A stretch of DNA of 64,000 nucleotides from contig CAVNZM010000009.1 in assembly GCA_963693365.1 (NCBI GenBank), positions 3,908,231-3,972,230 of the forward strand, read 5' to 3'. Numbering within the stretch: the first letter of the stretch is position 1; each line of letters begins with the position of its first letter. Shown piece by piece: positions 42,217 through 53,916 of the stretch. The notes under the pieces were generated by a model, which saw only the letters and a program-made list of their open reading frames with translations, was not told the origin of the DNA and ran no database searches. The position numbers and the translations under genes are program-made. This DNA comes from Amoebidium appalachense. Taxonomy: Eukaryota > Protista > Ichthyosporea.

Positions 42217-42271
<55 letters not shown>

Positions 42272-42535
42272 GTTGTTTTGTGTGTGTTTGTGTGTGTACG
42301 GTGTGTGTGTACGGTGTGCCGGTGTTTGTCTGTGTTCCCCCCCCTTCCCCCCCCCCCCCACCCCCCCCCGCCTCATGTGCACGTTAACGTGTGTGTGTAA
42401 CGGTGTGTGGTTGTGTGTGCCACGGTGCATGTGTACGTGTGTGTGTGTGTGTGTACTGTGTGTGTGTTTGTGTGTGTGTGTGTGCACGCGTGTTTGTGTG
42501 TGTGTGTATGTGTGCATGTGTAGTGTGTGTGTGTG

Positions 42536-42566
<31 letters not shown>

Positions 42567-42596
42567 ACGGTGTGTGTGTTTGTGTGTGTGTGTGCA

Positions 42597-42697
<101 letters not shown>

Positions 42698-42711
42698 CGG
42701 TGTGCACGTGT

Positions 42712-42744
<33 letters not shown>

Positions 42745-42901
42745 GTGTGCGTATATGTGTGTGTGTGTGCACGTGTGCTATTGGGCCCCTGCACGGGAAG
42801 GAGGGGGGGGGGGGGGGAGATTGGCACACTGAAATTAACCATGAATACATTAAAATTTATGTATACTATGTTTTTGGTCCCTTTGCTCCAGGCAGGGATC
42901 A

Positions 42902-45900
42902 TTATAGATCACTCTCATCACACACATCTTCGGGGCCTTCTACAACAAACTGTTCCCCTTCCTCTAGAAATTCGTCTTCCTCTTCTAGAACTGTGGGATC
43001 GGTACGTGCCCTCCGTATAAGATCACATGTTTTTTTAAAGCGGGCCAATCTATCTCTTTCCCGCTCCTCTTGTCTCTCATTCTCTAAATCCACCGTATAA
43101 TCACCCTTACTATAACTCCTTTTCTCCCCCTCTAAGCCCAAAGCCCTTCCCACTAAACCGCGTACTTCATATTGCATAGTTTGAACAATAAATTCGTGAT
43201 TTTCCCCATCCCGACCATGGCTAGTATTGTTATAGTAAACCACATTCTGCATCTGATTCTTTTTCTCTAAAGATTGGCAACACGACCACAACAGAGAACC
43301 AACCTTTTTAACCATAGGAACAACATGTGCACCAAGAGCATGCAAATAAGGGGTAAGAGATGCTTCACCGTAGCACACCTTCCATCTCTCAAGAAGATTG
43401 TCGATCTCAATCTCTAACTGCTCTGGGGTGATGTGGTGGGGGGCACTTGCTAGCGCACGATCGATTTTCGCATATCTTTCCCAACATTCTCGAAATTTGC
43501 GCCGCGACGGTCCGTTTCTTGCCGGCTTAGGTAACAATACCTTAAGCAAGCATTCCTCATTTTCCCCAACTACAGTAGAAAACCCCTCCAATATCAGAAT
43601 TCGATCCATGCCGCTTAGGGGGGTCTGTTTGAATTTTCCTTTTTTGAAACGGAACTCAAATGAAACACCACATGCCTGCACAGCTCGTTCAAGGCACAAC
43701 ATACCCGTTGTTTTGCGGGTAGGTTTTGACTGCCGCCCACTGCTCATGCAATGTTTTACGAGATCCCCCCAAACTCGGTCGAAAATTCGCAACCGCATGT
43801 GCAAGATGTCGATCACAACACGATCGAGAGGAAGCTTCCACAACGAAGGCCTCGCAAACCCGTTCTTGCCGATCTGGCAGTGTTCACAGCCGGGAGCATT
43901 GCGCCGTATATGGATATTGGCAGCGCGCCACGCCTGTCCCACAAGATGCCTGCAGTGTTTGGGGCAGTTGCACCAGAGGCAGGCGAAAATTGCGGTTGGG
44001 CCTTTACGGCCTGTATGTCACTGTATTGTTTGTGTGTGTGTGTGTGGGGGGGGGGGGGGGGAGTATATGTGTGTATAGGTGTGTGTGTGTGTGCCATGGG
44101 TGTGTGTGTTGTGTGTGTGTGTGGGTGTGTGTGGGTGTGGGTGTGGATGTGTGTGTGTGTGTGTGGTGGTGGGGGGGGGGGGGGGGAGGGGGGGGGGGGG
44201 GGGGGGGGGATGGTTAGGCTGAGTAAACTTAAATTAACTTGAGAAGATAAAAAGCAGGGACAGGGTGTTAACAATATGTTCATGTGGGTGGGGGGGGGGG
44301 GGGGGGGGGGGGAGGAAGAGGATGAGGGAGAAAAGACGGAGGAAAGGAACGACTTCGGTGAGAGAGAATGTGTTTGGAGAGGGGGGTGTTGTTTTGTATG
44401 GGTAAACGGAGAAGCAGAGAGCACAGATGGGTGTTATGATATACACAACACAGAGACACACGGGAGAAACACAACCGGAGAGGTGGAACGATTTCTGGAA
44501 CCATAGGAAATGAATACGACTGCTTGATATCTACTTCAAGATGAAGTTCCTTTTATACTCAGGAATGTGAAATCGATAAGCCAATCAAAAGAACGAAAAT
44601 TCTATTATCCAATCAGAAAGACGAAAACTATGAGGGTAAAATAAATCGATCGAAATGCCTGTCGACACATAGAAGATAAAACGCAATCTTCTAATGAAAG
44701 TAATCTTCTAATAAAACTACGGAAACATTTAACAAAATGAAACCACTTATGTATCTATTAGTTCACATCATATATTTGTACATGTTCTTATCATAACACG
44801 TCTAAATATAAGTATTCCTATTAGTTGGGGAACATAGAGCAATGCTACGTCGTGGGAAAAGAAGGAAAAGGAATGGGAAAGGAACCGAATAGAATTAATG
44901 AGGAATGTAGGTTACTATATTTGGGAAAATATAACGAGATCTGATTGGACAACTTATTTAGACATTGACGCAAACAACAATACGTGTGCGCGGGCCAAAT
45001 AGCTCGATGTGTACACAGATCTAAGATATCTGTGCACACGGAAACGGAAAGGAAAGAAAGAAAGGAAGAAAGGAAAAGGGAAAAGTAAACAAACTACAAC
45101 AAACTAATAAACAAATGTAAAACTCAACTTCCAAGTCTTGCCGTTAATCATGGGAAGATGACGGGGGGGGGGGGGGGGGGGGCATTAAGGAGGAGGAGGG
45201 GGGGGGGGGGGTTGGACATACCGAGAATGTATTGCATAAACTTCCAGTCTCCACCCAACTCCCAGTAGAGTTCAAAGGTGTCTGCTTCCAGACCCTTGCC
45301 TCCCAGATGCACTTTCCCGTCCAGAGTGGCTATCTCATCCAGCGGCTGCCCAAACACCCTTTTCAAGTTATCGTAATCCTCAAACCCATCATACATGGCA
45401 ACTGCATACTCAAAGGAAGGCTTTAACCCATACCTACAGTTTTCATTGATTTTACTTATACACAGCAACACCTTCCCCTTTGTATTAGCTATTTGACTCC
45501 CATCACCAGCCACCCGCATTCTGATAACTTTACCACACTCTTTTAACTCTTGAAAAAGCGCATTAATTTCAGGAATATTATTATACATAAATACCAACAA
45601 TTCTCGCACACTTACAAAAGCCGCCTCCCTCATGCCAGGCACACGATGAATTGTTATCATTCTGTTTTGCCTCTGCCGTTCTTGAATAATATAAGCTAAT
45701 TTAGCCAAACCCTTCCCCTGTGAAGATTTCCCCAACCCCTCCCAATCAGCATCACTTATATTATAATTATCTTTCAGATTTATAGCCTCCTGCACCGCAT
45801 CCAAATTATCCCGCTCCAATAGCCTTCTCTTTGATTTCCTATTCACATAGAAAGCCTCATACATCTCTTCTTCCAATGCCATTTCTAAGAATTTTTTTTC

Positions 45901-46377
45901 AATTTTTTTTCTTTTGTTTTCTGGCATGGCTATCAATTCTTCTACCATTTTCCTGCGTCTTTTTTTGTTCGCAGTTTTCACAACAATATCAAACACACCA
46001 TGACGGCTACCATGCAACCGAGCTCTAACCTGATACACCACAACATCCAAAGGCAACGAAGACAACAGATCACACAGAATATACGAAAGTCTATCACGTG
46101 TGGCACTTCTACCACGGTCTTTTTGCTCATCATACGGAATTCTAGGACGGAGCCACGAAGGAGCAGAACCACAACGTTCACACAGAGTAACATCACCCGA
46201 GCCAGAGGGATTGTGTGGGGGGGGATTAGGGGGGTTGGCAGCACGAGGTGGGGGCGCAGGAGGGGCATGCGGTGGAGGGGGGGAGGGGCGTACGGTGGAT
46301 GGGGGGGAGGGGCATGCGGTGGAGGGGGGGGGGGGGGGGGGGGGGGGCATGCGGTGGAGGGGGGTGTTGCAGGCCAA
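42902..46377 (-). CDS. RAG1/Transib-like (CMC clan) DDE transposase, at least 2 exons; start uncertain
   Basis: The upstream exon ends at 45222 (ILG|gtatgt) and joins in phase to exon 44010-42902. Motifs: RVAGDGS (D), ELGGDWKF (D), FACLWCNC, VVIDILHMRLRI, LTPYLHALGAH, GSLLWSCCQSLEKKN (E). This matches the order of RAG1 core D600, D708, CxxC, DxLH, HxxxxH, E962. Confidence 0.8.
44510..44620 (-). promoter_or_regulatory. Pol II promoter-like cassette inside the RAG1-like transposase intron
   Basis: On the minus strand: GATTGG x2 (CCAAT at 44581 and 44609), TATAAAAG (44550-44557), then CAGTCGT ~30 nt downstream. Confidence 0.45.
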
Positions 46378-46471
46378 AGTGTCGTCCAGGCCAAAGTGTC
46401 GTCATCTCTAATTAAAATCCAGGTCGTCAAATTTGACTGGTCTAGGGGGAATATCGGGCAGGCCAAAATGC

Positions 46472-46503
<32 letters not shown>

Positions 46504-46764
46504 TACTACCCTGGGTGACAGGGGGGTCGGAGGGTTTGTATGACGTGGTGGGAGAAACACAGTGTGGGCGCGGGGGGAGGGGGGGGGGGGGGTATTAAAA
46601 AATCATTGTCGTAACCTCCCCCCCCCCCCCCCCCCCCCCCCCCCCCACTATCCCGGAAACAGGGAGGGAGTGCAGGGGGTGCAGGGGGGTCAGGGTGTGT
46701 ATATGTGGTTGGAGAAACACAGCGTGTGCACGGACCTGCACGGTCTGGCCTAGATGGCAAAATT

Positions 46765-46805
<41 letters not shown>

Positions 46806-46844
46806 CCCCCCCCCCCCCTCCCCCCCCTCCCCCCCCCCCCCCCC

Positions 46845-48498
46845 CCCAGCGAAAAAAGATGCGAATCTGTGTCCCGATTAAACCCTGATCACCATATGAG
46901 AATCGGGGCAAAATCGGGAAACCCGATTCGTAATAAGCGACGTGATCGGATGAAATTAGCCTGATTACACCCCGATTTCTTGATATTGATCACACCCTGA
47001 TTCGCAAAAAAAATCCCGATCACGCCCGTGACCGGGACACCCCGATTCCTTCCCGACCTGCCCTATACCTCCTTCCTGCCCTTTTGATACTGGAACTTAA
47101 CCCAAAGTTAAGTACAAAAGAAGACAACCGCAAGAAAGCTGAATTACACCGTGACTAGCTCGCACCTTTACTTTGTTACTCGTACCGTACACACACAGTG
47201 TGATGTCAAGTCATGTTCTTCGTCATCACCCACAGTGTGATGCAAGGTGTGATGCCTGGAGCCTGGAACAGCCCAACAACGGCTATTCAGCTGGGTAGAA
47301 AGCATTCACAATATATACAAAAGCAGACAGAAGGGTTTGGCACACAGAACCCTAGTATGAGCAACACCAGGTTGCAAGCATGAAGAGGCTATAGCTAAGT
47401 AGTCGTGGGGAGCCATAGAAGTATATAGCTAGGTTAGCAAACCGTTCACCTGCACACCTATGTGCACGTGTGTTTGAACCCTTTATTCTAACAAAGATAA
47501 TGGACTGTGTTTCGACTCTTCAAGTTAATTTGAGTACCAGTAGGTGTGGAGCGATACAGTCAACTACACAACATCCATCTCAGGCTTGCCCCTATACTTC
47601 ACCTTGGCTTACCTGTTAGAGCCTGTTAGAGCCGCTCACAAAACTCGAACTTGGCAAAGTCACAGTAGCAGGTTCAAGGACCTGCGATGGGGAAGAGACT
47701 TTCAGAACCTACTAGGGGTACGGTGTTATATAAGGCCAAAAAGGAGGCAACACAACGTGGCCTTCTCTGTAATACTGATGCAGCATAGATTGCAAGAAGT
47801 ATAAACTAATAACAGAGCAACAACTTGGCTCGAGGATACTAGTATACAGATGCCTATGCACGGCTGGACGTGGACGCCCAAGTTCGGCAGAAGCGCTTAC
47901 AAATTTAGGTTGTATCCTTCTTGCCGTGTGACCTCACAAGACAAAAGCCTAGTATGTAAGTCAGAGGGTTCGTGAAGATGAGGTTCTAAAAAAAAACTCA
48001 CCTTGCCTGTGGCGCATAGCTCCGTTTTTCCAGACTCAAACTCCTGCCTGCCCAAAAACAATATGCTTAAAAACACCAACTACTATTCTACGCAGTCTTG
48101 GGCCACGGCCCACTGCTGTGTATGCAAGTTGTAGATGGAGCCGCAGAAATCTCACCAAACACAAGACAAAAGCGAATGCGTGCAAGCGAGTTTAGAGTCG
48201 CCTGTTTCTTTACACCAAAACTTGCCAACGGTTGTCTTTGACGACCAGCTGCTGTCTAGGAATCTTTGCTACTAATGCGCGCGAGTGGTTGCACTTGACC
48301 GATACTTGCAAGTCTTTTTCTTGTTTGGTGTGACCGTTAGGCCGCACATGGCATCAGGCCGGGTCAAATTTGCGTAGTCAGGAAGAATTCCGGACGAAAT
48401 CGGGAATATATTTAGACCTCATTACAGTCTACCAATCAGAATAGCTGGCTTAATTCGTGATTGGGGATCATCGGGAGCCGGATTCGCAATTTTTTTTG

Positions 48499-48503
<5 letters not shown>
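46845..48503. mobile_element. Non-autonomous CMC/EnSpm-like TIR element inserted in a poly-C tract
   Basis: TIRs CCCAGCGAAAAAAGATGCGAATC vs reverse complement CACAGCAAAAAAAATTGCGAATC. Sub-terminal CCCGAT/ATCGGG repeats at both ends. Poly-C on both flanks. Confidence 0.75.
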
Positions 48504-48557
<54 letters not shown>

Positions 48558-48823
48558 GAAACAGGGAGGGGGTACATGGGTGGTAAGGTTGCAAATGTAA
48601 GGTTTACGCTGTATTTTATGGTGTGTGTGTGTCATTCCACACACACACACACACATACATCAGTGTAAGCGCATCCAAGCACGACATTATCATACTCTTT
48701 GACAATGTATAGACTATGTCCAATCATGTTATTGTATCGTGTGTGTGTGCACTGCACACAAGCTTCAATGTGTCAAAATAAACCACACCCAGACTTGTTA
48801 TTGTATCGTGCATCAGCAAACTT

Positions 48824-49512
48824 CCCGGAAGTATTGCCAACATATTTTTTGCTATTGGCGCTATTGGCGATATTGGCAATAGAACCCCTTGCCGCCAATA
48901 GGAACGCCATATTGCAATAATATTGCTTTGGTATTGTCAATGGTAATACAGTACCAATACCCTCTATTGTCGATATCCCGCTGATATGAATATATTATCC
49001 AGTATATGTTACATCAATATCGCCAATACATTAGAGTGCCATTACATTGCCATTGCATTACTATTGCGCTAGCATTATAGACGTATTGCCAATATCAATT
49101 ATACCCGGGCGATATTACAATAACAACCAAATAATATCAAAAATACAGATAATGATATGGATAATACTGTATTTTCGCATTGTAGTTGCACTATGAACGC
49201 ATTATTAATGTATTGCCAATATGTAATTCATAGAAATACAAAGATTTAAATATCAAGAAACATATAAACAATGTGTTGCCAACATATAATCCAACTATAA
49301 TCAATATATAAATGCGGTATCGCCGATAGGTTGCTTATATATCGTGAGTATATTGATGACATAAACAGAGGTATGATTAATACACTCCCAACACATTACA
49401 AATAAGAAATATGTAAGTATGTTCCATATCAAGCATATACTGCCAACATACGAATGATACACACACCACCATAAAGATATAAGTGTTGATAATGCATTAC
49501 ATATATATTATA
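48824..49512. mobile_element. One end of a CMC-like DNA transposon (CCC terminus, TATTGCCAATA-type sub-terminal repeats)
   Basis: Starts abruptly at CCCGGAAGTATTGCCAA, followed by many TATTG(G/C)C / GCCAATA motifs in both orientations. Ends at the Ngaro terminal repeat. The other end is not in the window. Confidence 0.5.
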
Positions 49513-50659
49513 TCTATGAAAACTACTCCGGGACGTGTGTTGTCTCTAGGGGGACATCCCCTTGGACGAAAGTGAACCTGCAATGGTTGTAAACCACGGC
49601 AAGCCCCCAGTCATCAATTTATTGATCCGTGAGGTCCATGTGCCTAAAAAACGGGGGAAGTCTTCGCCCCGTGAAAAAACAGCACGTATGTGTGGATCAA
49701 TGGGGGTTGTGTGTGGGTGTAGGTGGGTGGGTGAAAAGGAATATATAGCTGTAAGGCTGTGGATGCTAAACACAGAAGATGTGTTTGTAGCTTGCTGATC
49801 TGCTAAAAACTGTCGTGCTTATATACCTAAGCCTACCGATCTGAGCCAATCAAAAATCGATCTAGTGATATGTGAAATCTGATCCGAGCCAATCATAACT
49901 CGGTCTAGTGATCTCTGGTATCTGATGTTTTGACTGGCTAATAGGTGCCCGTGTGCGGGCAGCCAACCGCTAACTGCTAAAACACGAAATGAAGCCTACA
50001 TGGTTATGTTGGTATCGAACACCCATCCTACGTGTTTACCCAGAAAAATATTTATGCCAATAATTTCCACAAATAAAACCTCTATGAAAACTACTCCGGG
50101 ACGTGCCACAGTGTGTTGCCTCTAGGGGGACATCCCCTTGGACGAAAGTGAACCTGCAATGGTTGTAAACCACGGCACGAGAGCAGTATGCTTGCTCCAA
50201 AGGTTTCACTTAAGAATAGAGGTGAATACACGTGTGGTGGTGGCAGCAATGGAGGCCGGACGAAGTCGGGTATAGATCAGGAAGCAGTCGGAGGACCACC
50301 TGCCGAGTTGTTTGATCCGGGAGTCGTCGACCCCGGCCTCAGCCAGTGCTGTGGCCCCCCCGATGCGGAGGCTGTGTCCGGCAAACCGGGAGGGTGAGAG
50401 GCCTGCCCGGGAGAGGAGGGCACGGAAATCGGCAGAGAAAGCACTCTTGGTGTAGGGGATGCCACCGAGACTGAAGAGGGGTTCGTCGGGTTGACCGGAC
50501 GTTGTATCCAGGAACTGCCGGAGGAGATGGGCTGGGGAGAAGTGGGTGAGGGGCAGGGCAGCTAGGGTGACCGTGACGTTGACACCTCGGGCCTGTACAT
50601 CCGTCTTAGAGGTTGGCAGGTGGAGGGTGGCATGGGACAAAGTACATCAGCAAACATCA
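49513..50659 (-). mobile_element. 3' end of an Ngaro/PAT-type tyrosine-recombinase retroelement with split direct repeats (YR-B1-A2-B2)
   Basis: A ~90-bp direct repeat TCTATGAAAACTACTCCGGGACGTG..CTAGGGGGACATCCCCTTGGACGAAAGTGAACC..CCACGGCA lies at 49513-49601 and 50081-50177. Between them is an LTR-like segment with CCAAT boxes (49846, 49889) and minus-strand TATATAAG (49818-49825). The YR ORF is directly upstream. Confidence 0.8.
50206..50640 (-). CDS. Tyrosine recombinase C-terminal part (DIRS/Ngaro type), 5'-interrupted
   Basis: LHLPTSKTD, EPLF, GHSLRIGGATALAEAG, IKQLGRWSSDCFLIYTR give the K, HxxR, W and Y catalytic motifs. The first catalytic Arg region is missing. Confidence 0.88.
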   Translation of the reverse strand: MSHATLHLPTSKTDVQARGVNVTVTLAALPLTHFSPAHLLRQFLDTTSGQPDEPLFSLGGIPYTKSAFSADFRALLSRAGLSPSRFAGHSLRIGGATALAEAGVDDSRIKQLGRWSSDCFLIYTRLRPASIAATTTRVFTSILK

Positions 50660-51753
50660 CCCCGAGCTCTTTAGGGTAACATTGTCATCTTTTTATAACA
50701 TTTGGGTACCACTGTCGTACGAGGTTATACAATGTTACCAGTGTACAAACCCTAAATACAGATTGCTAACATCGTGTTACACTTGTGTGTACCAGTATGG
50801 CAGTGGTATCACCCTGTATAACACACCGTTACCAGCATGTCACACAGAATGATATCACAGTTTTACACGGTCTGGTAACCATAATATATACATTGTTACA
50901 AACGTGGTATCTTTAATGCATACATAATTGTACAACGTTGGTACACAATGTCACCGTTATGGTACATATTGGTATAACTGTTTGATATACCGGGGTAACC
51001 ATTATATACCATTACGGTAACACCATCTTACCACGTCGGACATCAAACGGATACATTTGTTGACATTGTGTTGCCATACATTTAACTTTATTTTACATAG
51101 TGGTGACGCACTCGTACCAATATGCCAAATTCCTGTATACCACGGGATAGCACAGGAGTCACCAATGCTATACCAAGAGTTATACTTCAGGTAACTAAAC
51201 TCTACAATTTATGTACCAAAGGTGAACCCAGGTATACCACGAGAACGACACATGTTTACCATTTATATATTACGGATAACATTAAAACGACATTACGATA
51301 CCATTTGTATACGTTGACATTCCCTTTTGGTAACAAATGGGTGACATTCGGTATATACATTTTACTTTTATGTTAATCATACCGTACCATATTGTTATCA
51401 ATTTGTATCCCCCCCCCCCCCCCCCCCCCCCCCCCTCCCTCCCTCCAGTTCTGCAGACAGACACGAAGATGATGCCACTTTTTCTTTTTACTAAGTACTT
51501 GTGGCATCAAGCACACAAGTAAACAACACAACTAACATGCCACCCCAGGTGGCATCCTACAGCACGAGTGTTAACAACACAACTTACATACCACCCCAGG
51601 TGGCATCCATTCTCTCCTATCTACTTTATCTCAAAAAAACACAACTCTTATGCAAACAAAAAAAATACCAAAAAGAATCAAAAAAAAGGAAAAAAGAAGA
51701 AAAAAAAAATACCACACAAGCACCGTGACAACAGGCTGGGCTCGGGCCGCATT

Positions 51754-53763
51754 TTACGGCGGCGTCTCCTCCTCACTGGTCTGCTGGCCGGGAGGTGTTG
51801 CAGTGGCGGTCGGAGGTTGCTGAGCAGGCAGGGCCCCGTCGTCGGCAGGGGGGGGGGTGGAAGACCTGGGGGGGGAGTCTTTCTTCTTCTCCTTTTTTTC
51901 TGTGTCCTTCTGCTCGCGACGGCGGAGAATCTCCTGGTGGTTCGCCAACTCCTGGAGAACAATGCATGTTAGTTATGCATGAAGCAAAGCGTATTCCCCT
52001 CCACCCAATAAGGCTAACCATCTAATCTATACAAACAACCAAACTCCTACGACATGTGTAAGTAGATGTGATTAGAAAAGCGGTGAGTCCTCTCCCATGA
52101 TAACAACAAAGCTCATCATTGTGTCTGGTCGTAATGTGGTGGTTCTGACATACAACCCCTTACACAAACACTTACAAAGCAGTAGAGATATACAAGGAAA
52201 AGGAAGAAGGTATTAAACAACCGAATATCAGAGTGGTAAAACTGATGTCATACTATGTGCACGATGTTGTCTCTATGTCAGAGAAAGATACCAGAGTGTT
52301 AAAACTGATGTCATACTACGTGCACAATGTTATCTGTGTCACCATACACATACAAATACAAAAGGACATCTGTAACATAAAATCGTGCTGCACCACTGAC
52401 ACTTCTACATACCTCCTTCAGGGTGTCCACCATGTTGAGGTAGGCCTTGCTGCTGTCTTTCAACCGGTCGTTGAGGCCGTTGGGAAGAAGGACGGTGGGG
52501 TTGGTGAAGTACAGGTTCTCGAAGATGCAGAGGACGAAGGCGATGGCCGTGGGGGGGACGACGGTGACCTCGTCGTACCTGGACTTGAGGTAGCTCTGAA
52601 TGCTCCCCCTTCTCGACCCTGACTGGTGGTCAAACCAGTCAACCACCATCTTGCCGCCGTAGGGGTGGCCGTCCTCCTCGGACACACGCCACTTGGGGCC
52701 GCACTTCACCCCCTCCACCGTGACCGGCTCCATCAGTTTTGCAAGCACAACCCTGAGCTCGTCAACCGGAAGGCCCATAAGCTGCAGGGAGGAATGTCGA
52801 ATAAGTCCACAGAATACGAGACATGTTGGTTGCAACGAAAATAACTTCAAAAGTCAATTGCAGGAAGTAATAGAGGCTAACCATAACACCCAATCAAATT
52901 ACCTAATAGAGAACATTATTAGGATGGGGGGAAGAGGGGGGGGCCCCGGGGGGGGGGGGGGGGGGGGGTACAGGAAGTACGTAAAGTAAACATGTGACGT
53001 AACGAATGCGAATTAACTTGAATAAGTTTCTACTATCAATAAAAAAGACTGCCACTATTCAAGTTATTTTCTTTAAAAAAAAAAAAAAAAAAAAGGCATG
53101 ATACATAAAATGTCTAGCAGTTCCCTTTACCAAAAAGCATACCTGTCTGCCGTCCTTATACAACATGTCGTGGCTGATGTACGTCTTGAGCAAGGCGGTC
53201 ATCCCCGCACGGCGATGACGCATGGGGCCCAGAAGCCCCTTTATGATCGGTTGGCGCAAGGTAGCGTAGGTCTTAAGCCTGCGCAGCACGTCCTTCTCCT
53301 TGAACTGGGTCTCGTGCGTTTCAAGCCAAGGCCACAGGAAAGACATGATGAGCGTGGGGGAGTTCTCAAACATGGGGTGGGGGTTGAACGTCGCCAGCTC
53401 CATAAACAGCGGGTCAGACCGTTTTATGGCCTTCACCTCCTCCAGGAGCTGTGTGTGTACGTGTGTATAGGGGAGGCATTCGAGGTGTCAGACAAACTGT
53501 GGACCGAAATAAATAAACACCCTTACGTACACACAAGTTGGTAGGAAGAAGGCAAACAAACTTTTATACAATGTTAACACAGGATATACCAGAGTATCTA
53601 TTTAGTAACATTTTGGTAACACAATGTTATCCCTGTTAGCACTGAGGGTAACACAAGGCTTTCGATAAAATCACGAGGGCAAGGTAGGTCGAGTGGAACT
53701 CCCCTATCAGGTGTGAGGATCTAGATAAGACGAGAAGGAAACGTGTGGAGAGGTGTGGTGTGT

Positions 53764-53794
<31 letters not shown>

Positions 53795-53880
53795 GAATGA
53801 AATTCGTGGAGTAAGTGCAGATAAGAGGTACTAACAAACTGGGAGGGGGAAGAATTTGTGTGTCGTGGGCAGCGGGCGCT

Positions 53881-53916
<36 letters not shown>

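Noticed and set aside
47194-47240. Two CACAGTG heptamers near the RAG1-like gene (RSS-like)
   Set aside because: No ACAAAAACC nonamer at 12 or 23 bp, both are in the same orientation, and they lie inside a different element. CACAGTG arises easily in CA-rich DNA.
51500-52342. Short tandem duplications considered as a CRISPR-like array
   Set aside because: Only two or three copies with no unique spacers, in eukaryotic context with no cas genes.
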